From: Thraustochytrium aureum
Lineage: Eukaryota
NCBI GenBank assembly: GCA_012862495.1
Contig: BLSG01000231.1
Span: forward strand, 12,377 to 76,376
Direction of reading: 5' to 3'
DNA: 64,000 nucleotides
Under the pieces are notes generated by a model. That model saw only the letters and a list, made by a program, of their open reading frames with translations. It ran no database searches and was not told the DNA's origin. Every line of letters starts with the position of its first letter. The first letter of the stretch is position 1. This document shows, one piece after another, positions 36,273 to 48,149 of the stretch. The position numbers were made by a program, and so were the translations under genes.

Positions 36273-37603
36273 ATGGGGAACAGCTCCGGGAAGAAGGCCG
36301 GCAGCGCGCCGCGCAAGAGCCAGGGCAAGGGGCGCCTGTCGTGGAAGAGGCTGTCGAAACGCGATCCGAAGCTTGCGGCAGAGAATGCGCCTGAGACTGC
36401 CCAATGGCCTGGGCTCGGCGGGAACAGCGCAACAAGCAAGCGCACGCCGCCGCCCGTCAAGCCTCGGCCCGGCCAGCGCGAGCGCCCCCAGGAAAGCCCG
36501 CCAGGCTCTCCGAACGGCCGCATGGAGGCCTACAACCCGAAGAGTGCGCTCAACGGTGGTCTTGCCAACCCCGAGCTTCAACGCCTCAAAGCCAAGCTGG
36601 ACAGATTCTACGCGCAAAACGACCCCGAGAGCGTCAGCAACGGCACCGTTGTCGTGGCTGACATCGCAGCCTGGGCCCTCGCAGAGCCCAACGGCCTAGA
36701 CCTCCTTGAGGACGAGCTCTGCAGCCGGTTCGGACGGGGCCTTCGCGATAGCGGCGATGCCGGGTCTTACAACAGCGGGACCATGGAGAGCGACAGTAGT
36801 GGCGCGGGGTCATCCGTACAGAAATCGGCTCAGCAGTCGTTCGGGACGCCACGGTCCTCGTTCGATTCGTTCTTCGACGACTCGATGCCGCCACCGCGCC
36901 CCCTGATGAGGACGACTTTGAGGGCTCTGCTTTCGGCGGCGACTATGGCCAGGACGAGTTTGACGATGACGGGGGCCCGAGCCCGCGCGAGATCAAGGAG
37001 ATGCGCGACCAACTCGAAAAGTTCTTCCTGCTCTACGCCCCGAGCTCGCTCATGTCAGAGATGGAGACCTTTATTGGCGAATTCCGCGCCAACGGCCAGA
37101 TTGCACTCAACGTGGCCCTCTTCAACAGGTTCGGCAAGAACCTCTCGTCAATGGCTAACGAGGAGGTGATCCGGACGATGGGGCGCGGCAGCAAAAAGCC
37201 CTCTGTGCATGAGCGCTTTGGCGTTGCCATCCACTCGAGCGAGGTGCTCAGCGAGTTTCAGAGCAACGGCAGGCGGCTCACAGAGACCATGGCTCGGCCG
37301 TCTCGGGTGGTCAGGAAGGAGTCGATGGTCTCCAGCTCGCTCGAGCGCAAGTGGCGCGAGCGCAAGGAGTCGAACGCGACCGCAGTCAGCTCCAAAAAGC
37401 CTCGCTCGTCGCTAGAGCAAGCCTTCAGCCACCGCGAGAGTAATCTTGTTGGTGATGTGTGCACCAGTTTCGAGCTCGACATGACCGGCAGCTTTGGTGC
37501 TTGCCGCCACTGCGGCAAGAACAAGACGGAGCACAAGCCGTCCAACGGCGTCACGTTGTCCGCGACGCTCGCGCGCAAGTGGAAGAACAAGCCAAAGTAC
37601 TAG
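36273..37603 (+). CDS. Uncharacterised, probably N-myristoylated protein with two helical repeats and a C-terminal Cys/His cluster (frameshift ~36900)
   Basis: MGNSSGKK start. Repeats LKAKLDRFYAQNDP..L..ELCSRFG and MRDQLEKFFLLYAP..LNVALFNRFG. C-terminal CTSF..CRHCGKNKTEH. Confidence 0.7.
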
Positions 37604-37678
37604 CTCCCATGCCGCCTTGCCCTGCCTCTTTGACCCGGTCCTACTTTGAGCCGCAGTTCGTTCTACACAATGAATCGT

Positions 37679-38083
37679 TTACATGCATTTGTTGTTTTTT
37701 TCCAGATGGCGTGCGCCTATCGAATCAGCCAACAAAGCTCTGCGAGGATCCGAGTCGTTGTCGTCCTTCTGTTTTTGCCGCTCATCGTACGCAGCGACAC
37801 CGGCCACAGTACTGGCTCGCCAAGCGCAGTGAACGAGGCTGCAAAGCAAACGCGCACAGGCCAACAGCTTGTCGCACTTGCTGGTGCTGATCTTGTCCGT
37901 GTTCTTCAAAGATCTGTTCTGTTCTTCATCAAGCAGCACCTGCTCTTCAAAGATATGCTCTTCGAAGACTGAAACGCGCTTAGCGAGCTTCCGTTGCTGC
38001 ACCGCCCCGGCGCCTTTCGACGCTGAGGCGGCCAGCCCGAACAGGCCCATCACCTGCGGATTGCATGTCCCTCCCAACGTCAT
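37679..38083 (-). CDS. Possible small hypothetical protein
   Basis: 134-aa ORF convergent with the previous gene, with plausible composition but no recognisable motif. Confidence 0.3.
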   Translation of the reverse strand: MTLGGTCNPQVMGLFGLAASASKGAGAVQQRKLAKRVSVFEEHIFEEQVLLDEEQNRSLKNTDKISTSKCDKLLACARLLCSLVHCAWRASTVAGVAAYDERQKQKDDNDSDPRRALLADSIGARHLEKNNKCM

Positions 38084-38633
38084 GTCAATTTTTTATCCGT
38101 TACCGAGTGACACGCACCGGCGCGGGCCTTGGAAACCCTCCTGCAGAGAGCGGCGCCGTCCCGGAAAGCGCAGCTCAGCTGCGAGCTGCGATCGGCAAAT
38201 CTCCCCGCTTGGCGTCTGGGTGAGAAGAGGAGGAGATGCAACTGTGTGGAGGGTTGGCTTCAATGCCGCGGACCCATGCAACTGCTGCAAAATGCAGCAG
38301 TGCTCTTCCTCGACGCCGCGGCGCAAGTGAATGCCACCCAATCGCGCAAGTACAAGAAAGCCCANNNNNNNNNNNNNNNNNNNNNNNNNNNNNNNNNNNN
38401 NNNNNNNNNNNNNNNNNNNNNNNNNNNNNNNNNNNNNNNNNNNNNNNNNNNNNNNNNNNNNNNNNNNNNNNNNNNNNNNNNNNNNNNNNNNNNNNNNNNN
38501 NNNNNNNNNNNNNNNNNNNNNNNNNNNNNNNNNNNNNNNNNNNNNNNNNNNNNNNNNNNNNNNNNNNNNNNNNNNNNNNNNNNNNNNNNNNNNNNNNNNN
38601 NNNNNNNNNNNNNNNNNNNNNNNNNNNNNNNNN

Positions 38634-39599
38634 AGACTCGTCAAGGACCTTGTGCGCAAGCTCCTGTCCGAATGCCGCAGCCAGCAAGCAGAATACGCGC
38701 TCGAGCACATCGTGCCGACGCTCATCCCTGGCCTCGTGGCCCTCCTCGAGACACATGAGGACCGAGTGGCGAAACGCAGCAAAGACGACGGCTCGTCGCG
38801 TGAGCTGGACCTCAAGCCGGTCAACGCGCTGGCATCATTCTTGTTTCGCAACAACCCTCGCGTTGGCCAGAGCTCGGCGCGCGTCGAGCGGCACCGGCGC
38901 CTCGTTCAGCAGGTGATCGCAGAAGAAAAGCTGGCTCTAACTCAGCACGCCGCCCTCCGTGACCTCGCAAGGGACACTGGCGCCGCAATAGCCTCGGTCG
39001 GCTTGTGGCCAACAAACCCCGCTAGCTCCCAGCCCGAGCCGCTGCTCAGCCTTCGGAGCGCCGAGCTCAAGGAGGTCCTCGACGAGCTTGAGTGGCACTG
39101 CGGCTTGGCTGGCCTTCGCGCAGAGCTCCAAGTTGTGCTCGAAACTCTGGATGTGCGGGGCTCAGGAACGCTCACATGGCCTGCGTTTGTAGACGTAGTC
39201 CAGCACTGGGTCACGCTAAACCCAGAGACACGGCGCGCAAAACCAACGAGTGACTTTCGCAGATGGCTCTGCGAGGAGACGCTGAGGCGAATCGAAGACG
39301 CGGTGTCAGAGTACTACGGCACCCGCCACGCTGACAAAGTTTTCGCCCACCTCGTGCAGGGCGCTGAGGTCATGTCGTGGGACGGCGCACGGCGCTTCAT
39401 GGAGGAAATTCGCGGCCATGTCTTGGAATGGGATGAAAGCGAGTCCGCAGGCTTTGACGTGGCCGACGTGCTGGACGGCCTCGAGATGAAATGCGCGGAC
39501 GAGATTGACGTGGTGACGTTTGAGGAACTCGAGGGAACCTTTCTGCGTCGGCTTGCGCGCGCGCGGGTCTCCGCACTTTTCAACAATGTCTCGTTCTGA
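38634..39599 (+). CDS. Dpy-30/RIIa-like dimerisation domain plus degenerate EF-hand protein (EFCAB5-like); 5' end in gap
   Basis: YALEHIVPTLIPGLVALL...PVNALASFLFRNNPR; EF-like LDVRGSGTLTWPAF. Confidence 0.6.
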   Translation, partial: RLVKDLVRKLLSECRSQQAEYALEHIVPTLIPGLVALLETHEDRVAKRSKDDGSSRELDLKPVNALASFLFRNNPRVGQSSARVERHRRLVQQVIAEEKLALTQHAALRDLARDTGAAIASVGLWPTNPASSQPEPLLSLRSAELKEVLDELEWHCGLAGLRAELQVVLETLDVRGSGTLTWPAFVDVVQHWVTLNPETRRAKPTSDFRRWLCEETLRRIEDAVSEYYGTRHADKVFAHLVQGAEVMSWDGARRFMEEIRGHVLEWDESESAGFDVADVLDGLEMKCADEIDVVTFEELEGTFLRRLARARVSALFNNVSF

Positions 39600-39868
39600 C
39601 GATCTTCCATGGGTGAGTGAGAACGAGCGCGTCAGCGCGTGTGTAGGTCCATAGTGCAAAAGTTCAAAAAGAGCTTGCCTGCCCCTTGCTTTGCTGACAT
39701 TTTTTTAAAACCGAGCCCAGGGCACACCTCCGGTCGCGGCCAAGGGGGAGCAAGGCGCCAAGGGGGACACTGTTGCATCGATGCTGCTTTCGCGGTGGAA
39801 AAGCTACTTCAAGTGCGGGACCATCCGCGACGGGCCAACCAACGACTGGCAGACACTGCGCTCGCTCG

Positions 39869-41308
39869 CTACTCTGCCCCTTCAGCGGCGCCAGTGCTGT
39901 CAGGCTTGGGCCGCTTCGAATCCTCCTTCGGCCGCTTCGAATCCTCCTTCGGCCCAGCTTGTTTGCTCTCGCGTTCTGCACGCTCCCCACTTGCGCTCTT
40001 GCGTTTCTGCCCGTTCGAGGCCCTTTCATGGTGCACTCTCGGCTTGGTCCGCGCGTTGCTATAAACTGGCCGCTCTCGGCTTGCGTCGCGGTTGCGCTCG
40101 CGACTACGGCTACGGCTTCGCCTGCGATCATGCCGTCTTTCGCGGTCAAAGTCTCGATCTCGGCCATCGTCACGCCTGTCATAATCTCGATCTCGGCCAG
40201 CGTCGCGCCTTTCATAATCTCGATCCCGGCCATCGTCACGCCTGTCATAATCTCTGTCCCTGTCGTACCCGTACCGGTCATTCTCGCGGTCTCGTTCGTA
40301 GTCACGCCGGTCCCTGCTCCAATCTCGCGTGTCGCGTTCGCGCGTGTCGCGGTCTCGCGCGTCACGACCGCGCGTTTCGCGGTCGCGAGTGTCGCGCGGG
40401 TCTCGTGCGCGCGTGCGTCACGGCCACCCACTCGTACTTCTCTTGCTGGTGGAGACCCTTGCCCCCGGCCGCCTTCCGCGTCCCGCAGTCTATCTCTATC
40501 CACACCTCGATCACGGTCCACCCCGCGACCAAGGCCGCGGTCATGACTGCCATCGTTCGCTCGGCGGTCCCGCGAGACGCCAGGGTCTCGATCGCTCGAC
40601 ACAGCTGGTGAGTCATCAGCCGCTCCATTGTCTGCCTTGGGGGACGACGACTGCGAGGACGTGGACGCCGGTACCGCGGCAGCCCGTTTCAGGTCGGCCA
40701 GCCGGCCTCGGGCACCGACTGTAGCCTCGTTGAAGCTTGCCGAGCAATTCCGCGGAGAGGCGGCGCTTCTCGGTCCAGGAAGCGAGCATTTTCAGCATCA
40801 GCTGGCAGGGTTTGGAAGGAGCTTCCGGCGACGTGAGGATCTCCACGAGGCGCTCGAACAGCGGGCTCCAGTCCACGCGGTAGTCGAATGGCAATGCCTT
40901 TTCGGCCTGCACGAGGCTGGCCACCTTGAGCAGCACATCGTTGACAGTGTACAGCACAACAAGCTTCATGGTCCCTTTGCCCGACTTTGACGGCTTGTCG
41001 GCGAGCTCACTGAGTTCGTTCATTACGGCTGGCCCGAGCTTTGGCCGCTGCATAATCCACTGACGAAGCTGGCGCACGCCGTCGCCAGTTGGCTTTGCAT
41101 TCGCGAGCTCCTTTTTGAATCGTCTGGCGTCATCGCCCACCAGCCGTTTGACAGCAATCGAAACGTCTACGCCAGGTTTGGCTGCCGAGAGCCCGTCATC
41201 GTCGTCGAGGAGCGCTTTCAGTACCTCGACCCCTGCGGACGAGGTACGGCTCTTCTTTCGCTCCTTGGGGGCCTTGCCGGCGACTTTCTTCGCCTCTGTT
41301 GTGCTCAT
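39869..41308 (-). CDS. CID-like (CTD-interacting) domain protein with RD/RS-rich tail, probably an RNA-processing factor; several frameshifts
   Basis: LRQWIM..KLVVLYTVNDVL..KMLASWTEKR is CID-like. The tail in the corrected frame reads RDRDYDRRDDG repeats and RRRSRSRSRER, ending at TAG 39869. Confidence 0.65.
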
Positions 41309-42072
41309 CGTGCGCTGGCCGTCCGTGCAGGCCAACGAAAGACCACGGGCGCGGCCCGCCAGCTGCCTTCAATGGCCGCCAGAAGTTCAACCCGACGGCG
41401 CGTTGTGCCTCCCGCACGACGTATCACGAGCAAGGCAGCGAGACAAGAGGCTCGCTCGCACTTTCGAGCCGCCGCCTGCACGACCGGCGCGAACACAAGC
41501 AGCCGCTGCTGCGTTGCCTTGAGGACCTAACTCTACAGCCGAGGCTTTTGCCGGCCGAGCTCGGGCGCGACAGCGATGGGGGTCTGCTCGTCCTCCAACT
41601 CCCTCGAGGCCTGCTTGTCCGACCAACAGCAGACGCTGTCGCTTCTTCCCGTTGCCAACATGCTTCGCGCGCTNNNNNNNNNNNNNNNNNNNNNNNNNNN
41701 NNNNNNNNNNNNNNNNNNNNNNNNNNNNNNNNNNNNNNNNNNNNNNNNNNNNNNNNNNNNNNNNNNNNNNNNNNNNNNNNNNNNNNNNNNNNNNNNNNNN
41801 NNNNNNNNNNNNNNNNNNNNNNNNNNNNNNNNNNNNNNNNNNNNNNNNNNNNNNNNNNNNNNNNNNNNNNNNNNNNNNNNNNNNNNNNNNNNNNNNNNNN
41901 NNNNNNNNNNNNNNNNNNNNNNNNNNNNNNNNNNNNNNNNNNNNNGTTCACGCTGTGGCAGATCGCCGAGTGCGCGGGCGGTTGGAGGTTGCGCTGGGCT
42001 GCGGCGGCCGCCGCGTTTTCGGTGGACTTGGCCAGGAGGGCTCGGCCGGGTGTATGTGCGAGCTGCGGAGTA

Positions 42073-42495
42073 CGTCGCGTGGCGCTGCTCAAGCGCGCGA
42101 TGCGTAGTTCTGGCCTGGCGGGCTCTGCTGCGCTTGAGGAGAGGGAAGGGCGATGCATCCCATCGCATCCCATCGCATATTTTGCACGCCCAAGTCGTCC
42201 CTTGACGTGTTTATTTCTGCCAAGCCTCCGCAGGCATCGCATATCGCATGGCCTGGCGCTGCTCAACGCGCGCTGGCCTGTCGCTGCTGCGCTGGGGGAG
42301 ATGGGCGGGCGCATGCATCCCATCGCATATTTTGCGTCGCCCAAGTCGTCCTTGACGTGTTTATTTCTGCCAAGCCTCCGCGGGCATCGCACATCGCACG
42401 ACCTGGACTCCCACGCGCGCTGCGTAGCTCTGGCCTGTCGCTGCTGCACTCGACGAGATGGACGGGCGATGCATCCCATCGTCCAAGTCGTCCCT
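42073..42495. repeat. ~150-160-bp imperfect tandem repeat (~2.5 copies)
   Basis: GCATCCCATCGCATATTTTGC..CCCAAGTCGTCC(C)TTGACGTGTTTATTTCTGCCAAGCCTCCGC at ~42165 and ~42315, with a partial third copy at ~42470. Confidence 0.85.
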
Positions 42496-42741
42496 CGCGC
42501 GTATTTTCGTTTTTCCCTTCGCAGACTTTTCATCGTTTTCAATCAATTGGGTGGAGTCGAGGACAAGAAGGAAGAGCAGAACAGCATCGCAGCAGCGCAG
42601 GAGCGCGGCGCGGCGGCGCCCGGCGCTGGTCGAACGCGGTGGGGATCTGGCGCCCCGTGCGCAGTTTGTATTCCCGTTCGTGGTGTGGCGTGGCGTTATT
42701 GCTTTGTTTTTGGGGCGGCGGTTCCAGGATCTGCTGCGACC

Positions 42742-44902
42742 ATGTTGCGGTGGGCCAAGAGTGTCGCCGTGAGACGCGCGTGGACGCTGCCGAAGGCTAG
42801 GCCCCGCGGGGAATGGACTGTGGCGCGCAGAGATGCAAGGGTGGATGCCGCGTCGCTCGCTGGGATGGACTGCTGGCGGAGGCGCTTGCCCAGGAACGGG
42901 GCCAGGAACGGCTGGTCTGTGAGAGGGGCACGTGGGCTTTTCGATGACAGCGACGGCAAGCGGGGCCAGGATGGGAACAAGAGTGACAGCTACAGGACCA
43001 GTCGACAAGCCTCGCTCGATCCGCTGACCAACGCGGATATCTCGGACGTTCTAGCGGAGAAGGGACTCGTTGGCAAAGACACCGGCGACAGCGTCGTCGT
43101 CAAGGAATGCCCGTACTGCCACCCCATCAAAGGCGATACGTCAAATATGTGGAAGCTCACAATCAGCAAACAAAAGGGCATATTCAACTGCCTACGGTGC
43201 AGCTCGTCTGGAACATGGAGGGATTTCAAGCAAGGAACCACCGCCGAAGAGCGCCGACTACACGCGGGCGGAGGCGTGTTGGGCCCACAGGCTGGGCAAC
43301 CAAGCGCTGATGTCGGCCTCGAGTCATCGTTTGCGAGCCGTGCGGGCCACTCCTCTGTGGCCTCGGCCGGGTTGGCGAATTCGGGTCCCAGCGAGCCGCG
43401 CCAGTTCAATTTGCCCAGCCAGANNNNNNNNNNNNNNNNNNNNNNNNNNNNNNNNNNNNNNNNNNNNNNNNNNNNNNNNNNNNNNNNNNNNNNNNNNNNN
43501 NNNNNNNNNNNNNNNNNNTTCTGTTTTCAGAAGCCACGGAGCCAGAAGTTTGCGTCACATTCCCGTTCGTTGCAGCCCCGGGCGATTTTGACGGCCGCGG
43601 CCCCGTATCAGAGGCCGGCTCTGAGAGGTGGGCGTCCAGGCTGGAGGTGCAGAGAATGAAGATCCGAAGCTTGAGCAAAAAGTCAAACATGCGGATCAAG
43701 CCAGCAGGCGCCTCGACGGGGCTCTTCGGCTGGCACTTGGTCACTGCGGATACGAAGGAGGTGATTGTGACGGAGGGCGAGTTTGACGCTATGGCCGTCT
43801 ACGAGGCCACTGGGCGGCCCGCGCTTTCCCTCCCGAATGGGGCCAACGCGCTGCTGGACGACTTTATCAAAGTTCTCCAACGCCGCTTCGATGTGGTCTA
43901 TCTGTGGCTTGACGCGGACGCCCCCGGCAAAAAGGCCACTCAGACTCTCGTTTCGAAGATTGGACCAGCGCAATGCCGCATCGTGTCGCCTTGCGCCGAC
44001 GTCAAGGATGCAAACGAGGCGCTCCTCAAGGGGCGCAAACTCGAAAAGTACCTCGAAGCGGCCCTCGTGCCGCAGCACGAGAAGGTCATCAGCATCCGGG
44101 AGGCCATTGTGCGGTTTCGCGAATTCATGGTCAACCCGCCCTCGCCAGGGACGCCGTTCCAGGCTTTTCCGGGCTTGACGGGAATTCTGAAGGGCCACCG
44201 CCCCGGCGAGCTGACGGTATTCACGGGGCCGACTGGGGCAGGCAAGACGACCTTCCTGAGCCAGCTTTCGCTTGACCTCGCCATGCAAGGCATCAAGACG
44301 CTCTGGGGTTCGTTCGAGATCCGGAACGAGATGCTGATCTATGCGATGTTGTACCAGCTTGCCGGCCGCTTCGCGGTGCGGCGCCCCTTCGACGCGCTGC
44401 CAGAGCCGGACGAGCCTGTGGACATAACATGTTCATATTGCCCATGTCGAAACTCCCGCTCAGCTTTATGGAGTATTTCGGGTCCACTGACCTCCAGGAC
44501 GTCCTCGATGCAATGGCCTACAATGTCAAGCTGCACGACGTCAAGCACATCATCATAGACAATCTGCAGTTCATGATGAGCGACAAAGAGGGTGTTCGTC
44601 GATTTGCGGGAGGTACATTTGAGCGGATCGAAGAAATGGACTACGCGATCGGCTGCTTCCGCTCCTTTGCCTCCAAGCACGGAGTCCACGTTACGGTGGT
44701 GATCCATCCGCGCAAGGAGCCTGAAGGCGACAACCTCAGCATCTCCTCGTTTTATGGCAGCAGCAAGGCGACGCAGGAGGCCGACAATGTCATGATTCTG
44801 CAAAAGACGCGTGAGGGAGACAAGTACGTCGACATCAAGAAAAACCGTTTTGATGGGACGCAAGGGCGATTCTCCATGGTATTCAACGAGCAATACAAGT
44901 CC
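42742..44902 (+). CDS. TWNK: Twinkle (T7 gp4-like) mitochondrial primase-helicase; internal gap, frameshift ~44425, 3' end in gap
   Basis: Arg-rich presequence-like start MLRWAKSVAVRRAW; Zn finger CPYC..FNCLRC; TOPRIM VTEGEFDAMAV, WLDAD, KDANEAL; helicase GPTGAGKTT, IIDNLQF, IHPRK, GSSKATQEADNV, KNRFDG. Confidence 0.93.
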
Positions 44903-45813
44903 NNNNNNNNNNNNNNNNNNNNNNNNNNNNNNNNNNNNNNNNNNNNNNNNNNNNNNNNNNNNNNNNNNNNNNNNNNNNNNNNNNNNNNNNNNNNNNNNNN
45001 NNNNNNNNNNNNNNNNNNNNNNNNNNNNNNNNNNNNNNNNNNNNNNNNNNNNNNNNNNNNNNNNNNNNNNNNNNNNNNNNNNNNNNNNNNNNNNNNNNNN
45101 NNNNNNNNNNNNNNNNNNNNNNNNNNNNNNNNNNNNNNNNNNNNNNNNNNNNNNNNNNNNNNNNNNNNNNNNNNNNNNNNNNNNNNNNNNNNNNNNNNNN
45201 NNNNNNNNNNNNNNNNNNNNNNNNNNNNNNNNNNNNNNNNNNNNNNNNNNNNNNNNNNNNNNNNNNNNNNNNNNNNNNNNNNNNNNNNNNNNNNNNNNNN
45301 NNNNNNNNNNNNNNNNNNNNNNNNNNNNNNNNNNNNNNNNNNNNNNNNNNNNNNNNNNNNNNNNNNNNNNNNNNNNNNNNNNNNNNNNNNNNNNNNNNNN
45401 NNNNNNNNNNNNNNNNNNNNNNNNNNNNNNNNNNNNNNNNNNNNNNNNNNNNNNNNNNNNNNNNNNNNNNNNNNNNNNNNNNNNNNNNNNNNNNNNNNNN
45501 NNNNNNNNNNNNNNNNNNNNNNNNNNNNNNNNNNNNNNNNNNNNNNNNNNNNNNNNNNNNNNNNNNNNNNNNNNNNNNNNNNNNNNNNNNNNNNNNNNNN
45601 NNNNNNNNNNNNNNNNNNNNNNNNNNNNNNNNNNNNNNNNNNNNNNNNNNNNNNNNNNNNNNNNNNNNNNNNNNNNNNNNNNNNNNNNNNNNNNNNNNNN
45701 NNNNNNNNNNNNNNNNNNNNNNNNNNNNNNNNNNNNNNNNNNNNNNNNNNNNNNNNNNNNNNNNNNNNNNNNNNNNNNNNNNNNNNNNNNNNNNNNNNNN
45801 NNGTTGTGGTGTG

Positions 45814-47994
45814 ATGGACATCCGGTCGTTCTTTGGCAAGGGCCAGGGAGCCCGGCCAAGACCGTGGCCACTGACGGCAAGGCGGCCAAGGGCAAGGCTA
45901 AGCGAAAGGCGGAGGCCGAGGCGGAAGACGGCAACGAGATGGCCAACAAGGTCACGGTGACCGAGGAAGGCGCCTCGAAGCGTGTCCAGGTGGTGGCGGT
46001 CGCAACAGCCGGCGCGGCGGAGGTCCTGGGCAAGGGCGAGCCCGTGCCGTACAAGTGGCTTGCGGACGCGTTCGACAAGGTGGAGGCCACGACGAAGCGG
46101 CTGGAGATCCAAGGCATTCTGAGCGAACTGTTCCTGCGCGTCCTCGAGAGACACGAGGTCGACCTGTTGCCGACTGTCTACCTGTGCTGCAACCAGGTCG
46201 CTCCTGCACACGCCGGGGTAGAGGTTGGCGTAGGCGACTCCGTCCTAACCAAGGTCATCACAAACGTAACGGGGCGCACGAAAAAGGCCATTGGCGACAA
46301 GTACGAGGAGGAAGGCGACCTCGGCACCGTTGCGATGAAGTTCAAGTCCCAAGCAAAAGACGCTGTTTGGGCAAAAGCCAAAGCCGCTGACGCTCGCCGA
46401 CGTATTCGAGCGCGTCAAGGCGGTCGCTAACACTTCGTCGCAGGACGCCAAGCAAAAGCTCATCGAACGCATGGTCGTGGCGTGCTCCGGCGCCGAGATC
46501 AAGTACGTAATACGCCTGCTGCAAGGCAAGCTGCGCATCGGTCTCGCCGAGCAGACCGTTCTGATCGCCCTCGCGCACGCGCTCACGGCCTACCACTTTG
46601 AGAAGCAGCAGGCAAAGCTGCTCGCCGACAAGGGAGCCAAGGCCAAGATGCCCTGGTCCGTGACGCCAGAGGTCCGCGAGGCCGCCGTAGCAATGATCAA
46701 GCAGGTGCAGAGCGAGCTGCCCGTGTACGACCAACTCATGCGGGCCTCGCTGTTGGAGACCGAGGTGGGCGAGATGTGGTTCGACAACTTGCGTCGAGAG
46801 TGCCGCATCGCGGCGGGCGTCCCGCTCAAGCCCATGCTCGCCAAGCCCACAAACGGGGTCTCGGAGGTGCTCAACCGCTTTCAGGACTCAGAGTTCACGT
46901 GCGAGTACAAGTATGACGGCGAGCGCGCGCAGATCCACATGGTGTCGCGCACCGACGCTGCCACAGGTGTTGTGACCCCGGAATTTAAGATCTACAGCCG
47001 CAACTCGGAGGACAACACCACCAAGTACCCGGACATCATCGCCGACATCCAAGACGCGTTCGTGCAGGAGGGAGACAGCAAGGTGACGAGCTTTATTCTT
47101 GATGCCGAGGCCGTCGCCTACGATGTCGAAAAGGCCACCTTGCTCCCGTTCCAGATCCTCAGCACGCGGGCTCGCAAAGACGTCGAAGTCGACAACGTCA
47201 AGGTCAAAGTCATCGTCTGCGCCTTCGACTTGCTGCTTTTGAACGGCGAGTCGCTTTTGGAGGTCCCGCTGGACGAGCGGCGCGAGCTGCTGCGGCGCCA
47301 CTTCAAGCCGGTTGAGCACAAGTTTTGCTTTGCGACGGCGCACGACGGCAAGGAGATCGAGGAGATCGAGGCCTTTCTCACCAAGGCGGTCGAGGACAAG
47401 TGCGAGGGGCTCATGGTGAAGGCGCTCAAAGGGCGGGAGAGTTTTTACCAGCCCGCGCGCCGCAGCCTCAACTGGCTCAAGCTCAAGAAGGACTACATGA
47501 GCGGGCTGGCGGACTCGCTCGACCTGGTTCCGATCGGCGCGTACTACGGGAAGGGCAAGCGGACCGGTACCTTCGGGGCCTACATCCTGGCCGCCTACGA
47601 CGAGGAGAACGGCGAGTACCAGAGCATTACCAAGATCGGCACAGGGTTTTCCGACAAGGTGCTCGAGGAGTTTAGCACCTACTTCAAGGACCACGTCATT
47701 CCGGCAAAGCCGCGCAACTTTAGCTGCGAGATGGAGCCGGACGTCTGGCTCAGCCCGGTGCAGGTCTGGGAGGTGCGCGCCGCGGACCTCTCGATCTCGC
47801 CCATTCACCGCGCTGCAGTTGGCAAGGTGGACCCCTCCAAGGGAATCGCGCTGCGGTTCCCCCGGTTCCTCCGCATCCGCGACGACAAGGCCTGCGAGGA
47901 CGCCACCAACGCGACGCAGGTAGCTGACATGTACCTCAGCCAGGCCAACGTGAGCAAGCCTTCCGCCAACAACTTTGACGACGACTACTTTTGA
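45814..47994 (+). CDS. LIG1: DNA ligase I (frameshifts ~45841 and ~46349)
   Basis: N-terminal PIP-box-like MDIRSFF; DNA-binding domain (IEATTKRL-like VEATTKRLE, GDLG, KLRIGLAEQT); CEYKYDGERAQIH, EGLMVK, WLKLKKDY, LRFPRFLRIRDDK. Confidence 0.96.
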
Positions 47995-48149
47995 TACTGC
48001 AAGACAAAACGCCTTGTTTTTCCGCCGATTTGGTCGATTCCATCAACGCGCCGCACCGCAGGCGAGCAATCCGCGGCCCCGCACCAGCACTTCGCCTCCT
48101 GAGGCGCACGGGCCGGGGCGCCTCTCTGAGTGGCTCTAGTATAGCTCGC

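Noticed and set aside
39664..40611. Thr/Ile/Met-rich ORF (39664-40602) and antisense ORFs
   Set aside because: These are off-frame or antisense readings of the RD/RS-repeat tail of the CID-like gene.
44429..46430. Twinkle-LIG1 fusion suggested by ORFs reading through Ns
   Set aside because: The continuity is only through the N-gap. LIG1 has its own ATG with an N-terminal PIP-box-like MDIRSFF at 45814.
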